In this document: in pieces, positions 52,228 through 64,000 of the stretch
Position numbering within the stretch: position 1 is the first letter of the stretch
Layout: each line of letters begins with the position of its first letter
NCBI RefSeq assembly: GCF_964213995.1
Contig: NC_135817.1
Coordinates: forward strand, 48,422,001-48,486,000
Reading direction: 5' to 3'
From: Mustelus asterias
Taxonomy: Eukaryota
DNA length: 64,000 nt
Translations under genes and position numbers: made by a program
The notes under the pieces: model-generated
Told to the model about the DNA's origin: nothing
The model's input: only the letters and a program-made list of their open reading frames with translations
Database searches by the model: none

Positions 52228-54736
52228 TAGAACCATAGAAAATTACAGCACAGAAACAGGCCTTTTGGCCATTCTCGTGTGTGCCGAACCATTTTTTGCC
52301 TAGTCCCACTGGCCTGCACTTGGACCATATCCCTCCACACCCCTCTCATCCATGAACCCATCCAAGTTTTTCTTAAATGTTAAAAGCATTTACCACTTTA
52401 TCCGGAAGCTCATTCCACACTCCCACCACTCTCTGCGTGAAGAAGCTCCCCGTAATATTCCCTTTAAACTTTTCTCCTTTCACCCTTAACCCATGCCCTC
52501 TGGTTTTTTTGGAAAAAGCCTGCTTGCATTCACTATCTATACCCATCAAAATCTTCTACACCTCTATCAAATCTCCCCTCATTCTTCTATGCTCCAGGGA
52601 ATAAAGTCCCAACCTATTCAATCTCTGTCACTCAGCTTCTCAAGTCCCGGCAACATCCTTGTGAACCTTCTCTGCACTCTTTCAACCTTATTTACATCCT
52701 TCCTGTAACTAGGTGACCAAAACTGTACACGATACTCTAAATTCGGCCTCACCAATGCCCTATATAACCTTACCATAACACTCCAACTTTTATACTCGAT
52801 ACTCCGATTTATAAAGGCCAATGTACCAAAGGCACTCTTTACGACCCTATCCACCTGTGACGTCACTTTTAGGGAATTCTGTACCTGTATTCCCAGATCC
52901 CTCTGTTCAACTGCACTCTTCAGAGTCCTACCATTTACCCTGTACGTTCTACTTTGGTTTGTCCTTCCAAAGTGCAATATCTCACACTTGTCTGCGTTAA
53001 ATTCCATTTGCCATTTTTCAGCCCATTTTTCTAGTTGGTCCAAATCCCTCTGCAAGCTTTGAAAACCTTCCTCACTGTCCACTACACCTCCAATCTTTGT
53101 ATCATCAGCAAATTTGCTGATCCAATTTACCACATTATCATCCAGATCATTGATATAGATGACAAACAACAATGGACGCAACACCGATCCCTGCGACACA
53201 CCACTAAGTCACAGGCCTACACTCAGAGAAGCAATCCTCCACAACCACTCTCTGGCTTCTTCCATTGAGCCAGTGTCTAATCCAGTTTACTACCTCCCCA
53301 TGTATACCCAGCGACTGAACCTTCCTAACTAACCTCCCATGAGGGACCTTGTCAAAGGCCTTGCTGAAATCCAGGTAGACAACATCCACCGCCTTCCCTT
53401 CATCCACTTTCCTGGTAACCTCCTCGAAAAACTCTAATAGATTGGTCAAACATGACCTACCACGCACAAAGCCATGTTGACTCTCCCTAATAAGTCCCTG
53501 TCTATCCAAATATTTGTAGATCCTATTCCTTATCACACCTTCCAATAACTTGCCCACCACCGACATCAAACTTACTGGCCTATAATTTCCCGGATTTCTT
53601 TTGAACCTTTTTTAAACGACGGAACAACATGAGCCACCCTCCAATCATCCGGCACCTCCCCCGTGAATACTGACATTTTAAATATGTCTGCCAGGGCCCC
53701 TGCAAGCTCAACACTAGCTTCCCTCAAGGTCCGTGGGAATACCCTGTCCGGTCCTGGGGATTTATCCACTCTGATTTGCCTTCTCATTTTATCAAATCCC
53801 TTCTCATTTCATCAAATCCCTTCTCATTTCATCAAATTTGGCCTTTTTCCAGTTCAGAACTTCAACCCGAGGACCAGATCTATCCTTATCCATGATCAGG
53901 TTGAAACTAATGGCATTATGATCACTGGATCCAACGTGTTCCCTCACACTCACATCCATCACCTGCCCTAACTCATTTCCCAATAGGAGATCCAATATCG
54001 CATCCTCTCTAGTTGGCACCTCTATATACTGATGTAGAAAATTTTCCTGAACACATTTTACAAACTCTACCCCTTCTAAACCTTTAACAGTATGCGAGTC
54101 CCAATCTATACGTGGAAAATTAAAATCCCCTACTATCACAACTTTGTGTTTCTTGCAGTTGTCAGCTATCTCTCTGCTGATTTGCTCCTCCAATTCTCGC
54201 TGACTATTGGGTGGTCTATAATACAACCCCATTAATGTGGTCATACCTTTCCTGTTTCTCAGCTCAACCCATAGGGCCTCTGTAGACAAGCTCCCTAATC
54301 TATCCTGCCCGAGTACCGCTGTAACATTTTCCCTGACCAACAATGCCACCCCCCCACCTTTTATCCCTCTGCCTCTATCCCGCCTGAAACATTGGAACCC
54401 TGGAACATTGAGTTGCCAGTCCTGCCCCTCCTGTAGCCAAGTTTCACTAATGGCTATAATGTCATATTTCCATGTGCCTATCCACACCTTCAGCTCATCT
54501 GCCTTCCCCACAATACTCCTGGCATTGAAATAGACACACCTCAAAAGGTTATTTCCACCACACTCAACCCTTCCATTTGTGACTTTGCTTGAACTAACCT
54601 GTCTTTTTACCCCTGCTCCACTATCTGCTCTGGCACTCTGGTTCCCATCCCCCTGCAAATCTAGTTTAAACGCTCCCCAATAACACTAGCAAACCTCCCT
54701 GCAAGTATATTGGTCCCCTTGTAGTTTAGGTGTAAC
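52228..54736 (-). mobile_element. Young CR1 LINE (APE endonuclease plus RT) with internal deletions
   Basis: ORFs 53804-54658 (YFNARSI, ISETW, VGDFN, SDH), 53204-53569 (YLDFSKAFDKV) and 52618-53199 (QGSVL, FADD). Confidence 0.95.
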
Positions 54737-55059
54737 AATATATGTATATATATTTTGCATCCTTCAGTGATCAGTATCCCTAAATCAGTGCCTGTTTTTC
54801 ATAAGATAGAAAACCACTTCATGGTGTCCTTTACAATTACAATAGCAAACATATCTGTGTTACACCATACAAGATCCCATAAAAATAATTTGGAGGAAAG
54901 CAGAGATTAAACCAATATTCAGAACTGAATTTATATTATGGGACTAAATAATTATGCAGTGGAAGACCGATATTTTGTTGAAATTGTTATATTCGCTACC
55001 TTTTTAAACCATAAAAAGGTAAAAGCATAAATACTTTTACGAATATTTGCACAAGGCTA

Positions 55060-56325
55060 CATAATGGAATCTATTACTGAGGAAGTATTAACAATGCACA
55101 TAGAAAAGCATAGCGTGAATCAAACAAGTTAACATGGTTTTATGAAAGGGACATGCTTTTTAACAAACTTATTAGTTTTTTTGACTATGTAACTAGTAGG
55201 GTATATAGAAGGGAACAATAAATGTAGTATACATTGATTTCAAAAAAGCGTTTAATAAGATGCCACACAACAGGTTAAGTTTGGGGAGATACTAGCATGG
55301 ATAGAGCATTGGTTAACGGACAGGAAGTACAAAGTACGGATAAATGGAGCATTTCAAGTTGGCAGGCTGTGACTAGAGGAGTGCCGCAAATATCAGTGCT
55401 GAGATCTCAGCTATTTACAATCTATATTAATAACTTAAATGAAGAAATAGAGAGCAACATATCTAAGTTTGCTGATGATACAAAACTAGGTGGGAATGCA
55501 AGCCACAAACAGGATTTAAAGTGGCTACAAAGTAATACAGACAAGGTAAGGGAGTGGGCAACAAGGAGGCAGGTGGAGTAATGGACAAGTGTGAGGTTAT
55601 TCACTTTGGTCATTAGAATAGAAAAGCAGAATACTTTTTAAAAAGATGTGAAACTTATCAATGTAAATGTTGATGTCCCGAAAGACTTGGATGTACTTGT
55701 ACAGGAACACAAAACGTTAACTTGCAGGTACAGCAAGCAATTGTGAAAGCAAATGACATGTTGGCCTTTACTGCAAGGGGATTGGAGTACAAAAGTAAGG
55801 AAGTCTGCCACAATTGTAGGTGGCTTTGGTGAGACCACACTTGGAATATGGTCTGTAATTTTGGTTTCTATATTTAAGGAAGGATATACTTTCATGGGTG
55901 ATATATAGCGAAGCTTCACTAGATTGATCCCGGGGATGGCAGAGTTAACTTATGATTAAAAGGTCAAGAAAATTGGGTCTATATTCTCTGGAGTTTAGAG
56001 GAATGAGAGGTACTCTCATTGGAACATTCAGGATTATGAATGGGCCAAAGAGAGTAGATATTGATATACTGTTTCTCTCTGGCTGGGGAACCTAAAACAT
56101 GGGGGCCCAGCTCAGGATGAGGTGCCAATCATAAAATTAGGAGAAATTTCTTCATTCAGTGGTTGTGAATTTTTGGAATTCTCTACCCTAAAGGGTTGTG
56201 GATGCACCATCATTGAACATATTTAAGGCCGAGACTGATGGACTTTTATCCCTCAGTAAATCAAGGGATTATGGGGAGCAGGCTCGTCAAGCTGTGTGGT
56301 CTTCTCCTGCTATTACTTATGTTTT
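55060..56325 (+). mobile_element. Decayed CR1 RT and 3' end
   Basis: GVPQISVL..LFTIYINNL..SKFADDTKLGG. Confidence 0.85.
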
Positions 56326-58101
56326 TATAAAGCAGTCTTATTTTATCAAAAATATTTGGAAGAACTAACATATAAAGTATAACTGATACTACAATTTTCA
56401 TGATTTGGAAGTGGTAAGAAGCATATTGTTCAAAAATATTGAAACGCAAAAATGTTTAATTAAATTATTTAAACGAATGTGTCTATTTAACATGCAAAGA
56501 TTAAGAATAATCAGAACATTTTGCAGGTGCATTTCTTCATAATATATTGTATAAATATCATGCTTGGACAAGATAAAAAAAGCTTTTATATCACTGTGAC
56601 AAGCATTTTTCTTAGTAGAACATTTTATATAAACATAAAATATCAAAAATTTGCAGACAATAGAATCTATTCAAAATAGTTTTTAAAATCAATTTTCTTT
56701 GAAGAAATGTTTTGATCTGAAACTTGGTCAAAGCAGTGTACTTCCTAACAAAAAGAGCTTTGAAATTCCAAAACCCATCTTGGAATATACAAAGAGAGGG
56801 AAACTAAGTTTAAATGATAACTTTCAGCTGTAAGGTTATTTATTATTATGGTCAGCTGAGTAGTAGTACTGGAGTTGAAAACTTCACTGGACCCACCTGG
56901 GCTTTAGAACACTGTGCTGACTTCAATGTTGCGGATCACTATAGACAGGAAGTTCCAGTTGGAAGTATTTCCTGTGTTAGACAAAAGGTCCCGTTGCAAC
57001 CATTTTTTAAAATAGAGTTTTACTGTTCAGTTTTTAAAATATAGTCTTGCATAAAAACCCTAATTTGGTCATTCTAGGTACAGATCTCTCCTGTAGTTGA
57101 AATTTTGAGTCTAGGTTTGCATCATAAGGTGGTACTGGCATCTTATTTTGTATAGCATTATATTTCTTCCCTAAGTTTAGTATACCATTGTACTGCAGAT
57201 TACTAGAATTACTTAAAAGTCTATCTATATTCCAACTCATCTGCTGTGACTCCTTTCCACTTCAACCAACTGGTGTATGAACAAAAGATAAATTGATATT
57301 CTCCCTATCCATAACATTTTATTTTTCACAGGTCATTTGCAGTTACTGGTTACAAGTGATAATAACCAGGTTAATCATTTGCAGGACATCTGAACCGAAT
57401 CCTGTCCACAGCCAAGATCCACACACACATTTGCAATGGTAGCAGGAACCTTGGACACTTTTCACACTTGCTTAATCAAAAATATTTGCTATTCTGCTTC
57501 ATTTGATGTTTCAAGTCAGCTACAAGACTGTGAAAATTTATTAACAATGTAATTCAAACAGATGCATAGTTGTAATTTAGTGCTCCAAATATATTGTATG
57601 TAAAAACTCATGGACTTGGAAAAGGGTTAATTTATAATTTGATAAGTAAATCAAGACAATGTAAGCTTTCGCACAGTATTTTTCCTACCAAATATAATCT
57701 TCATTCTATGTCTGAATTAATGCCCACAATTAATCAATAGTGACAATGAAATCTACATTGGGTTAAAAAGTGGTTAATTTGTAATTTTGTGTTCTAAGTC
57801 AACATAAAAATGCATTGTCTAGACTGTTAATACACAGTACAATAAATCTACATTAATCCTTATTTAGGTCTTTCAGATGTTTTATGATTTTAAGGGGTAT
57901 CCATGACGACTTCCACTGAAAATAAGTTCAATGTCATTTGAAGGGAGAAGAAAACAAAGAAAAGATGACTACTGTAGTTGCCTTATTTTTACCGCTGTGG
58001 TTTTTTATGTGAATTAAAATTAGTTTTAATGATTGGATACCTCTGCTAGCACATCTAGATAAAAATTTACTAAAATTAGAAAACGTCAGGGTCTTATTCT
58101 A

Positions 58102-58296
<195 letters not shown>

Positions 58297-60020
58297 CTAG
58301 TTGTTTAAAACAAAATAAAACTGGAACATTAGATTGAATTTTTAAAAATGTTGTGAATCATTCTATTGTCCTTTCACCCTCTTCACTTCCCACTTTTCTA
58401 TCCACTATATTTCCTTCCTTAACATAGGGAGCTTTGAACCACCTTCCTGTCCACACACAGCACTGGAGAAGTGCAAGTTGTTCTTCCTCAAATCTACTTC
58501 TAAGGCATGGAAAAAGATTGACATGCGTAATAACTCATTTATAGTAACAAATGAAACGTAGATCTGTTAAAAACTTTAATTCTTGTTTGCTATTGCATTG
58601 CAAATAATCTGAATGAAGAACTCTGAACTGCCTTTCGATCAATGAGCCCACCAGAAGAGATGGTTCAGTTTGGAGACAATTCAATGCCACATCGCATCCA
58701 GCCAATATAAACAATCTTTGGAATTTTAATACTGACTTCCCAGCACGGCAACAATATACACAGTCGCTGTAACAGTTTTGACTGTGATCTTGCTCTGCTT
58801 GTTGGCTGTGTATAATAATTAAGTTTTCAAACTGAAATCACCAGTTTTGTTACATCATAAGTCAATAAAAGCACATTATAACTATACTCAAAAAACTGTA
58901 CTTTTAAATTTAGAAAACCACCAACAGTTAATTAGATCCTGATGGTTAGAAAATGATTCTAGTTTGAATGCTCAGGCACTAACAAAATAGATGCTGACTT
59001 GCTTCCAACTTGGCAGAAACACTTGTGTGAAGATAAATCAAGGATGAACTGGTTGAATACTGACAAATGCAATTGATAATTTTTAATGCATTTATTCCAA
59101 CTGCTAAGAGATTTTTTGTCCGTTATTATTTGGTGAGAGTGTCAAAAAATTTTTTAAAAATAATTTGAGATAGTTATATTTAAGGAAACACTATTGGCAA
59201 GACTGAGGTCCAAAATCTCTTATTACCGCCCCCCCAGCCAATTAAAGATATGGAGGTGATGGATTTTTTATTCAAGTTGCTAGTCTCCTTGTTTCTGAAT
59301 GAATGGTAACCAATCTATCTTTTAACGCTGTCAGATGAGAAGCAGGTGGTCTGGGAAATGTGTTAAAAATGATATGACTGTTATAAAGGCAGCATGGTAT
59401 CTAAAGTTATTTGACAATCTTAAAATATAATGATTTTTACTTGGAAGTTTGGATTTGTTTTCGCTACAGTTTCTTTTGTACTCTGGGACTCTGTAGTACT
59501 GTACAGATCAAGCTTTTCATAAAATTTGACAACTGATCTAGGGAAATTTGTATTATTTATCTGATCAATTCCATGTGGTGTATAAAATAGAAGAGTGGCT
59601 AAAAGAAGGAAAACTTGCACCTGTCAGACTGTTTATCTCCAAATCAAAAGCTGTAAACCCATTGCAATTTACCACGCAAGTTATGGTAGTTGATCAGATG
59701 TACTGAAAATACATCACGAAGCCAAGGCTAAAGATGGCTATGGTATATGATTAAGGAAAAGCTGCATACTCTGCTCTAAGACACCACTACAAATCAATAT
59801 AAAAATATAAAACCATTCTATATTTTCAAATCTCTGTACAATGTGTTCAGATCTTTTCACGAAATATACACTAATAGAATACTCTTTCTCTGAAGAGATC
59901 ATACTTGTAACAGACTTTTCAGTACAAAGCGGTAAACATTCTCAGAGTTCTCTCACCTGACATGCACTCCAAATTACAGCACTATGTAGTTCCCTTGCCA
60001 AACTCTTTCCAATATGCTAC

Positions 60021-60297
60021 TGTGGTGAACCATAGATGGTTACCACTATGGGTACTTGTACATATGTTACTCCTGTTACTGTTGGGGTTAGGGTTGGGGT
60101 GTTTCACCTGTTAGCATTGTTCTGTGGTACACTCCGTTTGGCTCTGCCTTCTTACAGGAGTATAAAGGTCACTGCTACTTCCTAGTAGCCCTTAGTCTGG
60201 GATAGTATTGTTAAGCAGTGTCCTCTATTCTTGTTGTGAATAAAAGCCTTTATTCCGGGGTACGTCCTAGCCTCCCGTGTGAATCAATCGCGCATCA
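60021..60297 (+). mobile_element. Solo LTR, same family as 7186-7503
   Basis: tgtggtgaaccat...cgcgcatca; TATAAA and AATAAA; 5-bp TSD GCTAC. Confidence 0.9.
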
Positions 60298-61289
60298 GCT
60301 ACTGATTGTTCTCATTATTTAAAAGAACTGGTCTGTGACCTTATTACATCTGAAACTTACACAGCTTCCTCTAACAGGTCAAATTCCATTAATAAATTAA
60401 GGAGAGATCATAGAAATGTCAAGATCAAATTAAATGCAAAATCATATTTCTTGGAGAAAATTGAAGTTAAACAAACTCAAATATTTAACGCAAAGAAAAG
60501 CGTCCAGATTAGGACAGAGTTTCATTTTAAGCCGCCTTCAGTGGCCTCAAGTCCCCATATCTTTTCAGTTTAATGCAAGGAAAAAGGCATATATTTATTT
60601 ACAGAAAGAGGACTGTGAAGAAACATACTGTGGATCTTTCCAGTCTCAATATTAAATTAAGCAGTGGCCTAAATTGTTCTTATCCACCGCAAAATAGACA
60701 ATAAATGATGAGAACTGAACCGATTACATTAGAGCTAATATTGATCTCCCTGTGTGAAACCACTTGGGAGTTGGGCAGAGTGGGGCAATGGTTGCCTGCA
60801 GGAGTCAGTCAGGGCCATTTGCAATTAACAGGCCGCTCATTCTTCACATGCAGGGTGGAGGCTGCCAATACAAAATGCACATCCAGTTTACAAATGAGAA
60901 CTTCAGGCCTGCAGAAGCTTAAAGGGGAGGTGCTTTTTGTCACTGAAGCAGGGAAAAAACATTGTGGAACTGCAGAATGCTTCTTGGGGAAAATAAGAGT
61001 TCCAGAAGAGCCCCAAGCCTTTGGAAAATAGACACAGAAAAAGTTCATGACAGGCTGATGGATATCAAAGTGAGTTGTTGAATGGATACGGCAAGAAGTG
61101 GCATAATGTGCGAATGTGAGCAGCATTTTCTATATTACACTCAGACTCTTAAGTTTAATAATCTCACTAGACATATAAGGTAATGCTCCCCTTCATGCCT
61201 CTCATTCTTTTTGCACAGCCATGCAGGACCAGAATACAGGAACTAAGTAGGCCATTTAACCCCCCAAGTCTGCTTTGCCATTCAATAAT

Positions 61290-62027
61290 GAATGGGTGTA
61301 AATTGAGGGAGGTGGATACTCAATGAGACCTTGGAGTCCTTGTGTATCAGTCGCTGAAGGTAAGCAGGAAGTAAAGGCGGCAAATTGTATGTTGGCCTTA
61401 ATAGCGAGAGGATTTGAGTATAGGAAAAGGAATGTTTTGCTGCAATTGTATAGGGCATTGGTGATGCCACACCTAGAGTATTGTGTGCAGTTTTGGTGTC
61501 CTTATCTGAGGAAGGATGTCCTTGCTATAGAGGGAGTACAGCACAGGTTACCAGGCTGATTCCTGAATGACAGGTCTGTCATATGAGGAGAGTCTAAGTC
61601 GGTTAGGATTATATTTACTGGAGTTTAGAAGAACGAGAGGGGTCTCATAGAAATTTATAAAATTCTAACAGGATTAGACAGGATAGATTCAGAAAGAATT
61701 TTCCCAATGGTGGGGGAGTCCAGAACTAGGGGTCATAGTTTGTGGATAAGGGGTAAACCTTTTAGAACTGACGTGAGGAGAAATTTCTTCACCCAGAGGG
61801 TGGTGAATGTGTGGAATTCACTACCACAGAAAGTAGTTGAGGCCAAAACTTTGTCTGATTTCAATAAGAAATTAGATATAGCTCTTGGAGCTAAAGGGAT
61901 CAAAGGATATGGGAGGAAGGGGAATCAGGATATTGAATTCGATGATCAGCCATGATCGAAATGAATCGCGGAGCAGGCTTGAAGGGCCAAATGGCCTATT
62001 CCTGCTTCTGGTTTCTATGTTTCTATG
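61290..62027 (+). mobile_element. CR1 3' fragment
   Basis: PHLEYCVQFWCPYLRKD and FFTQRVVNVWNSLP; (TTTCTATG)n tail. Confidence 0.9.
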
Positions 62028-62107
62028 AACAGTATGCTTTGTCTGTATAGTGTGCAAGAAACAATACTTTTCACTATATATATGTAACAATAATAAATCA
62101 AATCAAA
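62028..62107 (+). mobile_element. Rex1-type 3' tail fragment abutting the CR1 tail
   Basis: Matches the Rex1 3' UTR at 48015-48075; (AAATC)n end. Confidence 0.75.
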
Positions 62108-63734
62108 GTGCTTGCACCTTATGAGCCACAACAGGCTACCTTCCTCCTATGCTGCTACCATTGGAAACTACCAGCAATGCACGACAGGGGCTTGCGCAAG
62201 CATGAAAAGTAGTTTATAGCCCTCTGTAGCATTTGTGAGCAAGGCATTTCTGAAGATGCTGATGATCTTGCAATGTTAGATAGCCTGAATAGCAATATTG
62301 GCATTTTAGCAGATGCTGTTGATAGCAGGACTCAGCTTCCTTTTTATGTTCAATAGCTGTGTAATTCTTCTACGCTGCCATCTTTTATTTCTTACATCAC
62401 TATTCTCTTTGCAAATTACTTTTATATCTGCCCTACTTTCAAGTTGAATTGGCTTAGGCGCTTTCTTTTTAATAATTTTGCCTCAGTCTTATGCTGTTAA
62501 CTTTTGAATGTCAAGTTAGTGACCTTTTCTTAGTTATTTTACACCCTTCATTTCACCTGCTCCTGATGAAGTTTGATACTGTGACATGCCGTTTACCTAG
62601 GCTTTGAACATTGCAGCAGTTTCCTCCCACCTCTGATACTGCCAGCTTGTGATACAATCTATTATCTTAATCATGTGATGAGAAGTTTATTGTCTTTGGC
62701 GTCCCTCTGTCTCAATGTAATAGGATTAGTAATTTTATATGGTGGGAGAATTCACTGTGGTTTCTGGAACTGTACATGCTATTAATAGTAGAATGATTGG
62801 CCCGTAGTTACCAGGTTTATTTGCTCTGATTGAGAAGTAATTATTGGAAACCTTCCAGGCCACTAGCACAACTTCCATACCCAAGAATGTGTGAATGATT
62901 GTGGTCAGTAATGTCGCCTCTAAATTATTTTCCTTGCATTCAGCCTATTCCATTTGAATGCATGGTAGCTTTGAATTCTTTTGCGTGGCTATGCACTCAT
63001 GCGCTCAGATTTTTAAATTAATTATGGCTGAAATTGGAGTTGGGTGGGAAAGCAATTTCATGCTACTGGTCTGCATACCGTTTCCTTATCATGACCCTGA
63101 CCAATCTACTGAGAAGCAGTGGACAGCCAAATAAGGCTAATTATTGTTAATTACCTTTTTCCCTGCTGACTGGACCAGTCAGCAATGTGGGTGGCTCATG
63201 TTAGATCATAAATATCTGCCGGACCACAGCTGAGGCTGCTGGATGTTGGTCGACCCTCCTGGATCATGGCCAGGCAGCTGTGGCCTTTGAAAAAAGTAAA
63301 AATAAACATACTTGGCCTTCTCCCTCTGTCTCCTCATGATTAGCAACTCCCACCCGTTGGAGGGCCTCTCATTGGCTGTCCAGTGTCAGGAGCATCCACC
63401 ATCCCTAATTGGATGGCAAGTCCGTTCCCTGCCACTTGTTGGCCAAGCCCTTTAAAAATCCGAGAAGGTTGAACTTGAATGTGGTCGGGACTCTGTATGG
63501 TTCAGTGTGCAGTTTACAGGGAACATGGGTGGTCAGTACCTCCACAATTAAATCTCTGTCCTCTCTTCCAGAATGCATGCATCAGGGTCTGTGCCTTTTC
63601 CACTTGAGTTTCACATTATCAATTGTTACCGTGACTAACTGCTCTGCCTCTCCCTTTTGTACCCTTTAATTCTCATTATTAAATTCTTAAGTTAAGACTG
63701 AAGTAAAGTAATTGTATGTATTTCTGTCATTCCT

Positions 63735-64000
63735 TCATCCATAAAAGCAGGCCAAATCCAAACCAGCTAATTACTGTCCCAAGTGTCTACTTTCAATCAT
63801 TGCAAAGTAATGGAATATGTCATTGACAGTGCTATCAAGCAGTACTTACTCACCAATAACCTGCACACTGATGCTCAATGTGAAATCTGTCAAGGCCACT
63901 TGGTTTTTGTTCACTCATGGATAGAAGGGTTGAATTCCAGAGGCTAGGTGAGAGTAACTGCCTTTGACATCAAGGCAGCAATTGACCAAGTGTGGCATCA
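63735..64000 (+). mobile_element. CR1/L2-group LINE RT fragment (runs off the window)
   Basis: gacatcaaggcagcaattgaccaagtgtggcat (DIKAA.DQVWH). Confidence 0.75.

Noticed and set aside
52618-54658. Active or domesticated RT/endonuclease gene
   Set aside because: Split by frameshifts and internal deletions; an ordinary dead CR1 copy.
58297-64000. Upstream CASK exon (..ILTQPHFM)
   Set aside because: Looked for by eye and not found; presumably beyond the window.

Overview
Vertebrate genomic DNA, very probably a shark (inferred from HE1/V-SINE-like, DeuSINE-like, CR1, Rex1 and Penelope-like repeats). The window lies inside the CASK gene on the minus strand. Eleven GT-AG coding exons (58296 down to 3072; 1206 nt, 402 codons, phases consistent) encode the end of the second L27 domain, the PDZ, linker, SH3, HOOK and first part of the guanylate-kinase domain. 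The gene continues beyond both window edges. Introns are packed with decayed and nested transposons: CR1, CR1/L2-like, L2 and Rex1 LINEs, a Gypsy element, two solo LTRs, Harbinger-like DNA elements, SINEs and Penelope-like elements (PLEs). Most short six-frame ORFs are TE remnants or noise. I found no prokaryote-type system. The best leads are (i) candidate in-frame CASK cassette exons with branch points and correct phase that I do not recognise from mammalian CASK (37861-37974 and 10543-10620), plus a cluster of splice signals in the HOOK-region intron, and (ii) short PLE-derived insertions with minimal hammerhead-ribozyme cores, including a perfect 210-bp palindrome with an 11-bp target-site duplication (TSD). 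Exon, LTR and TSD boundaries were read base by base; other TE boundaries are approximate, and family names come from recalled motifs, not database searches.
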